From an uncultured virus (IMG/VR IMGVR_UViG_3300021400_003815) (Duplodnaviria; Heunggongvirae; Uroviricota; Caudoviricetes): a DNA stretch of 64,000 bases. Where the stretch lies: IMG/VR virus record IMGVR_UViG_3300021400_003815. One strand, 5' to 3'. The translations under genes were made by a program, and so were the position numbers. A model generated the notes under the pieces. That model was not told where the DNA came from and did no database searches. It was given only the letters and a program-made list of their open reading frames with translations. Of this stretch, positions 1-10,206 are shown piece by piece. Every line of letters begins with the position of its first letter. Position 1 is the first letter of the stretch.

Positions 1-9
1 CTTAACTAA

Positions 10-1359
10 TTATCTTACAAGTTCAAAATAGCTTATGTCCTTATGATAATACTCATCTATATTCTTTATATATCTATAAACTCTAGAGTCATAATTATCA
101 TCTAATGCTACATTATTTAATACACTTTGCATTGATAATATATGAGGTGTATACTTTACATTCTTATTAGCTTTATCATATATTCTACACTTCATATTAT
201 TAACTGCACAATTTGCAAAGAATATGCTTTCATTTCCATACCTACTGACTACACTTAAGTTATCTAATCTTACATTGCCAAATCCTATGCTTGTTCTCAT
301 TCCTTTACTCTTACTACCAAAATCACTAAGCATTATTTTATCATATATTGGTTGTTCTTTCTTTTCTCCATCAATGCTTAAACTTAAGTTATGAGTATTA
401 TTAAATGTTGTATTTACTCCAATTATAAATTTACTGAATATTAACTTTTCTGCATTGACTATATCAAGTCTCACACCATTTAAATGATGCACCCTGTCAA
501 AGTAAAAGTCACCTCTTATATCAATCTCAGCCTTACACTTTAAGCTTTCAGGAAGAATAATCTGTGTTCCAAGTATATCAGAATAGACATTAAATCTTCC
601 ACTATGTATCTTGAACATTTCAGCATCTTTCATACCTCTAAAATCCAATGTCCTATACCTATAAACATAATCTGATATATCTATGTCCAAATACTTACCA
701 GTAAATCTTATAGTTGTTACATCTCTATTATATCTGTCAATATCGACACCAGTTACAACTTCTATATAATCATCACCCTTTTTATACAGCTCAGTTTTAA
801 AAGAATATGGTAACCCTAAGGCACTAGCTAATGCATTTTCATCTAGCATCTTGTTATACATCTTTGATACTTGCTGATTGTGCCTACTCATATATGCTGT
901 ATTAAGCATACTAAATATCTTTTTCTTACCATAGAAGCTTATATATCCAGTATACAAATTATAATTTCCTAGCTCATCTAACTCAATATCATCATCATTA
1001 CCATATCTTAACTTGCCATTCTCATCTAATATGACGTATCTCCCTGGCTCTAATACTGATACTATCATCTTCTTACCAGTCTTTATCATATTATGATAGT
1101 AATAATCCCATACAGGAAGCCTATCCATATTAAGTATTGTATAATCCTTACTAATTTTATTATATACAATTCCGAAAAGCCTATATTTTACTCTATGCTC
1201 TAAAACTTCACCTAACTGAAGCTCATTTAAAACATACTCTCCTTTCCAGCTAACATTTATTTTAGGTGAAAAAGTATATTCAAATTCATGTACCTTATAG
1301 GTTCTAGCACCAGCATCACTCATGCTTAAACCTGTTAAAACCAAATAATGACTGTCCAT
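10..1359 (-). CDS. Hypothetical protein, possible beta-solenoid/LRR-like C-terminal half
   Basis: 449-aa ORF with AAGGAG RBS; no signal peptide; loosely resembles the neighbouring LRR protein. Confidence 0.6.
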   Translation of the reverse strand: MDSHYLVLTGLSMSDAGARTYKVHEFEYTFSPKINVSWKGEYVLNELQLGEVLEHRVKYRLFGIVYNKISKDYTILNMDRLPVWDYYYHNMIKTGKKMIVSVLEPGRYVILDENGKLRYGNDDDIELDELGNYNLYTGYISFYGKKKIFSMLNTAYMSRHNQQVSKMYNKMLDENALASALGLPYSFKTELYKKGDDYIEVVTGVDIDRYNRDVTTIRFTGKYLDIDISDYVYRYRTLDFRGMKDAEMFKIHSGRFNVYSDILGTQIILPESLKCKAEIDIRGDFYFDRVHHLNGVRLDIVNAEKLIFSKFIIGVNTTFNNTHNLSLSIDGEKKEQPIYDKIMLSDFGSKSKGMRTSIGFGNVRLDNLSVVSRYGNESIFFANCAVNNMKCRIYDKANKNVKYTPHILSMQSVLNNVALDDNYDSRVYRYIKNIDEYYHKDISYFELVR

Positions 1360-1371
1360 AAATGTATCTCC

Positions 1372-3783
1372 TTATACATTAAGTATTGTATCTAATGACT
1401 TAATTGCTCTAATCTTATCCATATTAATGTTCTTAAAACTATAAAGTGTAGAAGCTGCACTAGTTGAATTATTGCTAGAATCATAATGTCTATGTATATA
1501 TTCCATAGCCCTAATGCATCTGTTAAGAACTTCCTCTTCACCTATTTTATTAGCTTTTGCCTTTAAATATTTATAACATGATACTTCAGCTTTAATAAGT
1601 GTATATAAATTTGCATTATGCTTATCAACCTTACTTAAAACATCACTCATTTCTGCTGAATAATCCTGATATATACTTGTAGTATTCAATGTATAAACTA
1701 ATGCTATGCATGTGAACCTAAAGGAAAGTTTTAAATTCTTACTTACACAATCTTCATAAGTTTCTATTCTGTCTTTAAGCTTATTCAACTTAGTAGTATG
1801 CATATCTCGTGCTCTAAATCTGAATAATGGATCAATCTTAAGTCTTTCCCTATCATAACTTCCACTAATTCCTATTTTCTTACAGTTAAATAAACTTCCT
1901 ATACGTATTTCTCTAAGACTCTCATTAAGTACAAGATTCTCAAGATTATTACACCCAGCAAATGCAAATCCATCTATTACATATAACTTATCTCCGCATA
2001 CAAATTTAGTAATGTCTTTATTATCAGCGAATGCAAATTTACCAATACTTGAAACATACTCACTGTTCTGTATATCAAGACCTTCAAGTCTTATTACTTT
2101 ACAATAGTTATTTAACCTTATACTATGTACACCAATAGATTTCAGAGTGTTAACATCCTCATTTATAATGTCTATGTTAGATACATCACTAGGTACATCA
2201 AGTATTCCTTCTTTTATAGAACTTAAATACTGATTTTCAACTCCATCTGCAATTAAGTTACGAACTCTGTCTACATTTAATCCATATATAGTTATACCTG
2301 AATAATCTAAGTTCACTGTTGGATAAGATAATGCATAAATTCCTAATTTGTCTATCTTATTTATTTTATAGTTATTAGCACCTATTAATGCTTTTATGTA
2401 CTGCTCATCTGTCTTTCCATTAACAATAATATCTCCTGTAAAATATGTAAGACTTGTATTTATTACACTTCTTCTTGATTCAGTATATAAATCAGGATTA
2501 AACTCTTTCAAATTTACCTTAAATGATTCAATAGCTTCACAATGCTGTATAACAAACTTTCCTGTTTCTACCTTTGTTACGTCTATATTCAAATCCTTTA
2601 TACTTTTACAACCATTTAAGTATAACCCACCTAATTTACCTGCCTTTATATTTATCTTTGATAATTCCTTACATCTAAATATGCTTATATCTTTAAAGTC
2701 ACTGACATCTAAATTTTCTATACAAGATGCATCACTTAAATAAAATCTTCCATTTTCGTAGCCACAATTACTATCATAGTAATTAATCTTAATATCACAT
2801 GGAAGATATCCACTTGTGAATTTAAACTTTGATACTTTATCTAAATCATTTATTTTAAATATGTCAGTATCTTTAGACTCTATTGAATATGCACAATTCT
2901 GAGTGCTTGTTATTTTAAACTCATCTATCTTAGAATTTTTAAACTCTATTTTTACTCCATTGTATGTACCATCTCCAGTAAAAGAACCACAGAGTTGTAA
3001 ATCTATCTTACCTACATATCCATTAGTATACAAAAGGAACTTATGTCTAATGTCTCCAACTTTAATCTGTATGTTATGATTTCCTGATAATGATATCTCA
3101 GCAATTTTTAATTTGCAATTTGTAAGGTCTATTAATCTTGTCTTATACCTACCATCTACAATAAACTTCACAGCTTCAAATACTTTGTCAACCTTCACAA
3201 TAGCAGCATTTTCATTTAGACTAGTTGCCATTAAGCAACTGTATGTATCATTTTTACCTGTCTTATATAATTCTTCATTAAAGGCTGCTCCAATATTATT
3301 GTCACTAAACTCCTTGTATTCATCACTGTGTAACTTGTTAAATATCTCTTTTCTTGAAAGATATTTGCTTATCTCAGTGCTAGGTATATTTATCTTATCT
3401 TTAGCCATTAATGTATCTATATCTTTATAATTGTCTACAATACCCTTTCCAGGAACACTCACTAAAGTATTGTGAGCATCTGCATAAACTATAACTGGAT
3501 TTCCCTCTCTTATTAAATTGCAATAAAGGTCCTCACTTCTGATATCTTCCCAAGAGAAGTTATCATCAGTAAACTTAAATGTCTTATCTATTGCATTAAA
3601 TCTAATTCCAGCTACTAATCCTTTAGCTACAAGGTCAACAAAATTTTTCCATGATGCTAATTTTATCTTTGAACGTCTACCTCTTTTATACATGCCGCCA
3701 TCATAGTCATTATCTACCCAATGTAATTCTACTTCCGATATTTTCCCTGACTTTCCAATTACAGTCTTAACAATTCTATACAT
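1372..3783 (-). CDS. Leucine-rich repeat protein (BspA/LRR_5-like)
   Basis: 803 aa; repeats SSIGKFAFADNKDITK, VIDGFAFAGCNNLENLVLNESLREI; GAGG RBS. Confidence 0.75.
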   Translation of the reverse strand: MYRIVKTVIGKSGKISEVELHWVDNDYDGGMYKRGRRSKIKLASWKNFVDLVAKGLVAGIRFNAIDKTFKFTDDNFSWEDIRSEDLYCNLIREGNPVIVYADAHNTLVSVPGKGIVDNYKDIDTLMAKDKINIPSTEISKYLSRKEIFNKLHSDEYKEFSDNNIGAAFNEELYKTGKNDTYSCLMATSLNENAAIVKVDKVFEAVKFIVDGRYKTRLIDLTNCKLKIAEISLSGNHNIQIKVGDIRHKFLLYTNGYVGKIDLQLCGSFTGDGTYNGVKIEFKNSKIDEFKITSTQNCAYSIESKDTDIFKINDLDKVSKFKFTSGYLPCDIKINYYDSNCGYENGRFYLSDASCIENLDVSDFKDISIFRCKELSKINIKAGKLGGLYLNGCKSIKDLNIDVTKVETGKFVIQHCEAIESFKVNLKEFNPDLYTESRRSVINTSLTYFTGDIIVNGKTDEQYIKALIGANNYKINKIDKLGIYALSYPTVNLDYSGITIYGLNVDRVRNLIADGVENQYLSSIKEGILDVPSDVSNIDIINEDVNTLKSIGVHSIRLNNYCKVIRLEGLDIQNSEYVSSIGKFAFADNKDITKFVCGDKLYVIDGFAFAGCNNLENLVLNESLREIRIGSLFNCKKIGISGSYDRERLKIDPLFRFRARDMHTTKLNKLKDRIETYEDCVSKNLKLSFRFTCIALVYTLNTTSIYQDYSAEMSDVLSKVDKHNANLYTLIKAEVSCYKYLKAKANKIGEEEVLNRCIRAMEYIHRHYDSSNNSTSAASTLYSFKNINMDKIRAIKSLDTILNV

Positions 3784-3845
3784 TTCAATATCCTCTTAAA
3801 AAATTCCACAATTTTAATAACACTTACTATACTTTTTAAAGCATT

Positions 3846-3874
3846 AAAAAAGGACTGATGTCAACCAGCCCCTT
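3846..3874 (-). terminator. Rho-independent terminator
   Basis: Minus strand AAGGGGCTG-loop-CAGTCCTT followed by a T-run, just after the stop at 3879. Confidence 0.75.
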
Positions 3875-3878
3875 CTCA

Positions 3879-4820
3879 TCATATTATTTTAGGTATAGTA
3901 TTAAACACTCCGAACAACCCTGTCTTTGCAATTACAAATCCTAGTAGTAATACTAGTCCAACTGCTACAACCAAAATTGATATTTTAAGTGCATTTGTTG
4001 GAATGTTTATTTTACCAATATTAAGCTTTAGCTTTTTCTTACCATCTGTATCACTTAAATCATCAATTAAAGAGTTATAGACTTCATTACTATCTGAATT
4101 GTCCTTATCTTTATCATCAGAATCATCATTCATCATTGATTGTCTCAGTTCATCATTAAGTTCATCATCCTCAAACTTGATTATCTTATCAGAATCATCT
4201 GTCTTTACTCCCATTACATCTGAGACACTCTCTTTAACATAGGTTGATTTATATTCTTTCTCATCAAGAACTTTTTTAGCTTCATCATCTTCATTTGATG
4301 CTTCTGAATCTTTATTTAATGTTTCTGATTCTTCATCTGATGTCTCAGCATCTCCACCAAACATACTATTTAAACTATCCTCATGTTCCTCTCCAATCTC
4401 ATTTTCATTATCATCTGTCTCTTCTTCATAATCATCTGATTTATCTTGTTCTTCTGTATCCTCAGTTATTTCTTCCTCAGTACCACCAGCTTCTTCAGTG
4501 TCATTTCCTACACTCTCTTCAGCTTCTTCATTATCCTCAGCTGCACTTTCACTGCTTTCTTCAATGCCTTCAGCTTTCTCATCAGCTGTATTCTCTTCTA
4601 TACTCTCAGCCTCATTACTCTCTTCTGTAAATCCTTCATTCACTGAAGTCTCTACTCTATCAACTCCGAGCAACTCTAATTTAGCTTTAGTCTCTTCACT
4701 TATTTCATTGCCACATATTGGACATTTTCCATCAGGTGCTTGACTTAAATCAAACTCACTTCCGCATAACTCACAGGTTATCTTTGTATTATAATTTAAT
4801 TTCTCCGCCTGCATTTTCAT
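3879..4820 (-). CDS. Zn-ribbon, acidic, C-terminally membrane-anchored protein (start uncertain, 4814-4862)
   Basis: CELC...CPIC at the N-terminus, long D/E-rich middle, hydrophobic C-terminal helix. Confidence 0.7.
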   Translation of the reverse strand: MKMQAEKLNYNTKITCELCGSEFDLSQAPDGKCPICGNEISEETKAKLELLGVDRVETSVNEGFTEESNEAESIEENTADEKAEGIEESSESAAEDNEEAEESVGNDTEEAGGTEEEITEDTEEQDKSDDYEEETDDNENEIGEEHEDSLNSMFGGDAETSDEESETLNKDSEASNEDDEAKKVLDEKEYKSTYVKESVSDVMGVKTDDSDKIIKFEDDELNDELRQSMMNDDSDDKDKDNSDSNEVYNSLIDDLSDTDGKKKLKLNIGKINIPTNALKISILVVAVGLVLLLGFVIAKTGLFGVFNTIPKII

Positions 4821-5826
4821 CATACCCCTTAATCTTAATTGTAAATTCAGTGTATCTATCAACTGGAACTTTAGTAATTATATAACCTTCTCTGTAACTT
4901 ACATTTTTAACTGTATATAATATAGTTATCTTAGGTATTAACTTACCACCCTTAAAGTCTATATAATCTTTTAACTGATAACCTATGAACATTTGAGGTT
5001 CTAACTTTTCATCCCCAGAGTTCATTTCCTTTGTATACTTGATTTTATAAGGAATTACTAAATTCTCTAAACCATCATCACAGCTAATCTTGTATTTAAC
5101 TCTGCTAGCTGAATTTATACCTTGTAACCACTCGTCAGCCTTAGCTCCAACTATTAAACCATCTCTATATATCCCAACTTCACAGTCATATACACCATTT
5201 TCTCTGTCTATACCTATCTTAGTATAGTCATACATATCATCATCCACATCCATTCTGAATGAATCCAAGCTATATTCTGATTGTGTATCTGTATGTTCTG
5301 TTACAATACCTTTATTAGATGATTCAACATATCTATCAAAGTCTGTTATTCTTGAGCTACCGTCATCAACTGAAGTATCTTCAACATTTACTACATTCTC
5401 TTCAGTTACTTCTGTCTCAACTATGTTTTCTGACTGTGTTTCATTTCCAAATATAAATGGTTTAGACTCAGCTTCTTTTGTCTGAAATAAATTTCCCAAG
5501 TCATTAAACTCTTCAGCTCCACCATCTTCTGTATTACCTATGCTTACTATGTTTCCACTTGAGTCTACATATACCTCTTCTCCAGCTTCATTTGTTGTTT
5601 TTATTAACTCACCTGAACCCGAGTCTGAACTTTCATTTTTATCTTCAGCCTCTGAACTTTCAGCCTCTGAACTTTCATTCACAACTTCTGCTTCTATGCT
5701 CTCTTTAGCTGCATTTCTTTCTTTTGTAGTACTTATTACAGTAATTATTAATAGAATTACTATAATCAGTAAAGCTACAAAGGCTATTTTATATCTGTTC
5801 TCATATATCTTATTCTCTGTACCCAT
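4789..5826 (-). CDS. Membrane-anchored exported hypothetical protein
   Basis: N-terminal TM helix IAFVALLIIVILLIITVI followed by an acidic linker. Confidence 0.7.
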   Translation of the reverse strand: MGTENKIYENRYKIAFVALLIIVILLIITVISTTKERNAAKESIEAEVVNESSEAESSEAEDKNESSDSGSGELIKTTNEAGEEVYVDSSGNIVSIGNTEDGGAEEFNDLGNLFQTKEAESKPFIFGNETQSENIVETEVTEENVVNVEDTSVDDGSSRITDFDRYVESSNKGIVTEHTDTQSEYSLDSFRMDVDDDMYDYTKIGIDRENGVYDCEVGIYRDGLIVGAKADEWLQGINSASRVKYKISCDDGLENLVIPYKIKYTKEMNSGDEKLEPQMFIGYQLKDYIDFKGGKLIPKITILYTVKNVSYREGYIITKVPVDRYTEFTIKIKGYDENAGGEIKL

Positions 5827-5839
5827 AAATTACTCTTTC

Positions 5840-6985
5840 TTATTTATCAAGATATTTTATAGCTACACTCTTAAAGAAGTCTGTACTTGTCATTGTATTA
5901 CTAGGAACTCTAAAGTAACTTGCAACATCCTCATCTGATATTTTCTTTCCTCCATGGAATAAAAGTTCAATACCATTGGTTCCATTAGAAGAAATCTTTA
6001 CATAAACTCCAGTTTCCTTGTTCAGTGCTCCACCATCTGCTACTCTAAATTCTACTATTGCATCATCAGTAGCTTCAGCAAGTACATTAGTAAGATAATC
6101 ATTAAGTCCACTATTTAACTTACTGTTTGACTTCTCTAATATGTATGCACCAAAGTCAGTATCAAAGAAACCATTAAATACAGTTTGTACTAGCATCTCA
6201 TCAGATGCAAGTGACTGTAAATCACTTATGTAACTTATAGCATCCTGACCTGCTAACTTTGTTTCCTGTGTACCTAACATATAACTCTCAGATGCTCCCT
6301 TATTTATAGCCATGTCATATAATGTACTAAAGCTATTAGCTATATCACTTCTTGCATCGTTATTAACAAAACTTGTCATATCACTCAATCTTGAAAGTTC
6401 ATCAGCATTGCTTGTCAGCTTTGATTGAGTTCTTAAGGATGCACCATCTTTTACTCCATATGCTGTCTCTTTTTCAGTGATTATCCTAGGCTTAGATGCA
6501 TTACTTAAATTAGGATTATTATCTAAATAAGTCTCAAACGTACTCTTTATATAATCATTATTGTATATAACAACATCTTTCTCAACTTCATTAAACAAAT
6601 CCACATAATCTGAAAGCTCTTCAATATTTGCAAGTCTATTTGTTAAAGCCCTCATATTTATATACTTGTCATCTTTATAACTATCAAGTGTTGTTAGATG
6701 CTCATACTCAGCATCTGCACTATTCTTAGTGTATACTTCTGTATGTGTATGATTAGGTTCATCCTCACTGTCTCTAAAATCAAACCCATCAAATTTAATA
6801 TATCTATCAGAGCCATTTGAATTTAGCTTTACAGTTAAATCATATTTCTTTATTGTATCATGCTTAAGTCTATCTATAGTGCTTTCTGACTCAGCCTTAC
6901 CACAAGCGCTCAAACTTATCAGTCCAGCTGCTAACACTAATGACAATCCTGTTCTTAACCCTGTTCTAAATTTTCTACTTTTCAT
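5840..6985 (-). CDS. Putative lipoprotein
   Basis: Basic N-terminus, hydrophobic stretch and lipobox LSAC. Confidence 0.75.
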   Translation of the reverse strand: MKSRKFRTGLRTGLSLVLAAGLISLSACGKAESESTIDRLKHDTIKKYDLTVKLNSNGSDRYIKFDGFDFRDSEDEPNHTHTEVYTKNSADAEYEHLTTLDSYKDDKYINMRALTNRLANIEELSDYVDLFNEVEKDVVIYNNDYIKSTFETYLDNNPNLSNASKPRIITEKETAYGVKDGASLRTQSKLTSNADELSRLSDMTSFVNNDARSDIANSFSTLYDMAINKGASESYMLGTQETKLAGQDAISYISDLQSLASDEMLVQTVFNGFFDTDFGAYILEKSNSKLNSGLNDYLTNVLAEATDDAIVEFRVADGGALNKETGVYVKISSNGTNGIELLFHGGKKISDEDVASYFRVPSNTMTSTDFFKSVAIKYLDK

Positions 6986-6998
6986 ATTTCTCCCAACT

Positions 6999-7358
6999 TT
7001 ATATGCTATAGTCTCTAACTAACTGCTTAACAAAAGATGTATCATAGTGTTCTACTACTTCAACTGTAATATCTCTTTTATCACAGTCACTCATAATTGA
7101 CTCAATCAACTCTTTATTTTTACTCTTATATCTATTATACCAACCAATAGATGTATTAACATATACTCTAACTGAATCATGGTTTCTACAGCTAGCTAAT
7201 CCTTTCTTTAAACCCTTTAATAAAACTTCATTTACAGACTTAGCTATACACTCACCATGTATTACTTCTTTATCACCTTCATCATCAAAAACTACACTGT
7301 ATTCACCATTCTTCGTGTTAGTATTACAACTTCCAATAATGAACATTTCCATATTCAA
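6999..7358 (-). CDS. RNase H-like protein with degenerate active site
   Basis: Pattern FIIGSC...GEYSVV...SVNEVLLKGLKKGL...VRVYVNT...KNKELI resembles RNase HI, but the acidic catalytic positions are substituted. Confidence 0.55.
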   Translation of the reverse strand: MNMEMFIIGSCNTNTKNGEYSVVFDDEGDKEVIHGECIAKSVNEVLLKGLKKGLASCRNHDSVRVYVNTSIGWYNRYKSKNKELIESIMSDCDKRDITVEVVEHYDTSFVKQLVRDYSI

Positions 7359-7440
7359 CTATGCTAACTCCTTATAACAACTTGATTTATATATTTATAA
7401 CTTATTTCAAATATAAGCTATTATTTATTTAACCTATCTT

Positions 7441-8025
7441 TTAAACATCTGAAATAAAATTCTTAATGCTCATACAACATTTATCTAAGTTATCATTGAT
7501 AAATGTATTATGCTCATCTATTCCAATACTATATAACTCAGATGTACTATAATCAACCTCATCTGCTAAAAATCTTCTTACAAGCTCTCTATAATTTGGC
7601 TTAGAGTTCTTTTCCTCACGACTTACTGCTCTTTCAATTCTTACATTATTATCTACATCTACATATATTGGTTTTATCTTACTTCCATATAAACTCTGCA
7701 TTTTTCTTACAGACTCTATAGTTCCTATACATATATAATCTTTATTATCTATGTCAATATTATCTTTAAGTGTTAAATACCTCCATACGCAATGCTCTTT
7801 ATCAGTAATAACATTGTAACTTCTTTCTTCTATAATTCTATCTTTATCAATCTTACTGTACTCATCTTCTGATATAAAGTTATATTCAACACCATCTTTT
7901 TCACCAGTACGCATTGGTCTAGTTGTATATGTTACAATCTTATTTAACTTAAGACCATCTTTAAATAACTTCTTGAATATAGTATCTTTTCCACTGCCAC
8001 TCTTTCCAATTATAATGTAAATCAT
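7441..8025 (-). CDS. gmk: Guanylate kinase
   Basis: P-loop GKSGSGKDT and TYTTRPMRTGEKDGVEYNF signature; ATG at 8025 has a GGAG RBS. Confidence 0.9.
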   Translation of the reverse strand: MIYIIIGKSGSGKDTIFKKLFKDGLKLNKIVTYTTRPMRTGEKDGVEYNFISEDEYSKIDKDRIIEERSYNVITDKEHCVWRYLTLKDNIDIDNKDYICIGTIESVRKMQSLYGSKIKPIYVDVDNNVRIERAVSREEKNSKPNYRELVRRFLADEVDYSTSELYSIGIDEHNTFINDNLDKCCMSIKNFISDV

Positions 8026-8051
8026 TTCAATTCTCCATAAACTCACTTTTT

Positions 8052-8084
8052 AAAATAAAAGCCTCACAATAAAATTGTGAGGCT
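8052..8084 (-). terminator. Rho-independent terminator
   Basis: AGCCTCACAAT/ATTGTGAGGCT stem with a T-rich tail on the minus strand. Confidence 0.8.
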
Positions 8085-8097
8085 CATACTTTAATCT

Positions 8098-9183
8098 TTA
8101 ATCTTCTATATACCTTCTTATAGAACAAGGCTGTCTGTAATAAGCATTAGAAATAATAATACCATCTGTATGATTTGAAGCATGTATAACCATATTGTTA
8201 CCAATATACATTGTTACATGTCCAATCTTACCTCTACCTGAATCCCAGTAGAATAATAAGTCACCAGGTCTTAACTCACTCTGGTCTATCTCTCTACCTA
8301 CAGTTGCTTGCTCAGCCGCTGTTCTAGGTAATGCATATCCGTATTGTCTATAAATGTTCTGTGTAAATGCCGAACAGTCAACACCATTTGTCATACTTGT
8401 TCCACCATAAACATAAGGATTACCTAAGAACTGCATACTATAGTCAATCATGGACTTTCTAATCTCTGTCTCATCATTAGGTGTATATCCATTAGTTGTA
8501 TCAGTATTATAAGGCAACATCTGATATGTCTTGTAATTAAAGTTGCTTACTTCATTTACTTCAGCTGCTTCCTCAACTGTTTCATCAACTATGTTTTCTG
8601 CCTCTGTAAAATCTATATCATTTTCAGAAACTGTTTGCTTACTTAAATAACCGGTACTCTTATCAGCCTTAACATAAAAATAATCTTCTGTTTCAGATAC
8701 AATAGTAACTTCATCATTTTCTTTAAGAATAGCAACTACATCACCTGTTCCGTTCTCATTCTCAATAGTTACATTCTCACAATTTACAGTAGCTGTTCTA
8801 TTAAACAACTCACTGTTATTTACTATGTAAGCCTCCATTTCATATCCAGTGACTACATCAGAAGTCTTTACCCAACCTTCAATGTCACCAGATTTTACTT
8901 TAGTCCAGTCATCTTCCTTTCTAGTTATCTCAACCGCTGAACCCAAGCTCATCTTACCAATAGCTTTGGAATCATCTAAAGGATTCTCTTTTATCAATAG
9001 ATTTCCTTCACTGTCCACAACTACTGGAGTTGCTACACTACCATATTCAGATGTCGTATTAAAATCTATAGTTGCATTTGACTCTATATTAGCTGCCATA
9101 GCTGGCATTGTAAATGTCATACTTGCTAACATTCCAATGCCTAACGACACTGAAAACAGTAGTTTACTGTTTTTCAACTGCAT
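8098..9183 (-). CDS. SH3 + NlpC/P60 peptidoglycan endopeptidase
   Basis: Signal peptide, two SH3b-like segments, LGNPYVYGG...GVDCSAF...GHVTMYIG...HAS with catalytic Cys/His intact; ATG at 9183 has AAGGAG. Confidence 0.92.
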   Translation of the reverse strand: MQLKNSKLLFSVSLGIGMLASMTFTMPAMAANIESNATIDFNTTSEYGSVATPVVVDSEGNLLIKENPLDDSKAIGKMSLGSAVEITRKEDDWTKVKSGDIEGWVKTSDVVTGYEMEAYIVNNSELFNRTATVNCENVTIENENGTGDVVAILKENDEVTIVSETEDYFYVKADKSTGYLSKQTVSENDIDFTEAENIVDETVEEAAEVNEVSNFNYKTYQMLPYNTDTTNGYTPNDETEIRKSMIDYSMQFLGNPYVYGGTSMTNGVDCSAFTQNIYRQYGYALPRTAAEQATVGREIDQSELRPGDLLFYWDSGRGKIGHVTMYIGNNMVIHASNHTDGIIISNAYYRQPCSIRRYIED

Positions 9184-9285
9184 TTGATACTCCTTTACTT
9201 GAATTATTTTTAATACCATATTTCAAAATATTTCATAAACAATTACATACTAAAACTAATACAAGTAACTCGGTAAGTATATCAC

Positions 9286-10206
9286 TTAGTCAACAGCCAA
9301 TAAGCTCAATTCAGTAATAAATTTATTATATAACTCTTCAGCCTCCTTATCAATAGTATTTTTCATTTCAGAATCTAAATTCTCTCTTTTAGACTCATTA
9401 TAAATATTTATAGTCTCATTTAAAATACCAGCTAACTCTTTATACTTTGTCTTTGTTCTTATATACTCTGCTAAAACAGATGCATTAGCTGTATTTATCC
9501 CATGCTCTTCATTCTCCTCTATTATATCTTCATGCTCATGCTCTCCTGCATCAGCCTCGTTCTCACTTGTCTCTACTTCACTCTCTTCTCCTTGAACTCT
9601 TACTCTTACTTCCTCAAGTAAACCATTAACTAAATCAGTGTAACCTTTATTTAGTATTGTATCTTCTTCTTTATATTTATTACCATTATAGGTATCAATC
9701 TCAGCTCCATCTATCTTAAACTTGAATGTATTTGTACTTCCATCTGTATATAAGTATTCACATTCAACGTTATTATCTTTTATTAACTGCTTCTTTTCTT
9801 CTGTTAATTTATCCTTCTCAATGTAACCTTCTTCACCATCAATGCTTACTTTCAATATATCATAGTCATTCTCATTAGCTTTCTTAAGCTTTCCTCTTAC
9901 TTCTACAAGACCACTGTAATAACCATATGATTCATCTAAATAAACACCTATTGTTTTATCTGATACTTCATAATCATAAGGCTTACTCTGCATATATAAG
10001 AAGGTAAAATCCTCTTTCATTATAGGACTCATATATCCTACAATGTTTACTACTTTATTAACATCTGTATCTAGCTCGCTAAATCTAGTAACTTTATTTT
10101 TAATATACACAGCAGCTGCTACACTCAATATAGCAACTGCTGTAATAACTATCCATGCAAGCTTCTCAAAACTATTAACTGTCCTGACTTTCAACTTGTC
10201 CTTCAT
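9286..10206 (-). CDS. Membrane-anchored hypothetical protein
   Basis: 306 aa with an N-terminal TM helix. Confidence 0.65.
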   Translation of the reverse strand: MKDKLKVRTVNSFEKLAWIVITAVAILSVAAAVYIKNKVTRFSELDTDVNKVVNIVGYMSPIMKEDFTFLYMQSKPYDYEVSDKTIGVYLDESYGYYSGLVEVRGKLKKANENDYDILKVSIDGEEGYIEKDKLTEEKKQLIKDNNVECEYLYTDGSTNTFKFKIDGAEIDTYNGNKYKEEDTILNKGYTDLVNGLLEEVRVRVQGEESEVETSENEADAGEHEHEDIIEENEEHGINTANASVLAEYIRTKTKYKELAGILNETINIYNESKRENLDSEMKNTIDKEAEELYNKFITELSLLAVD

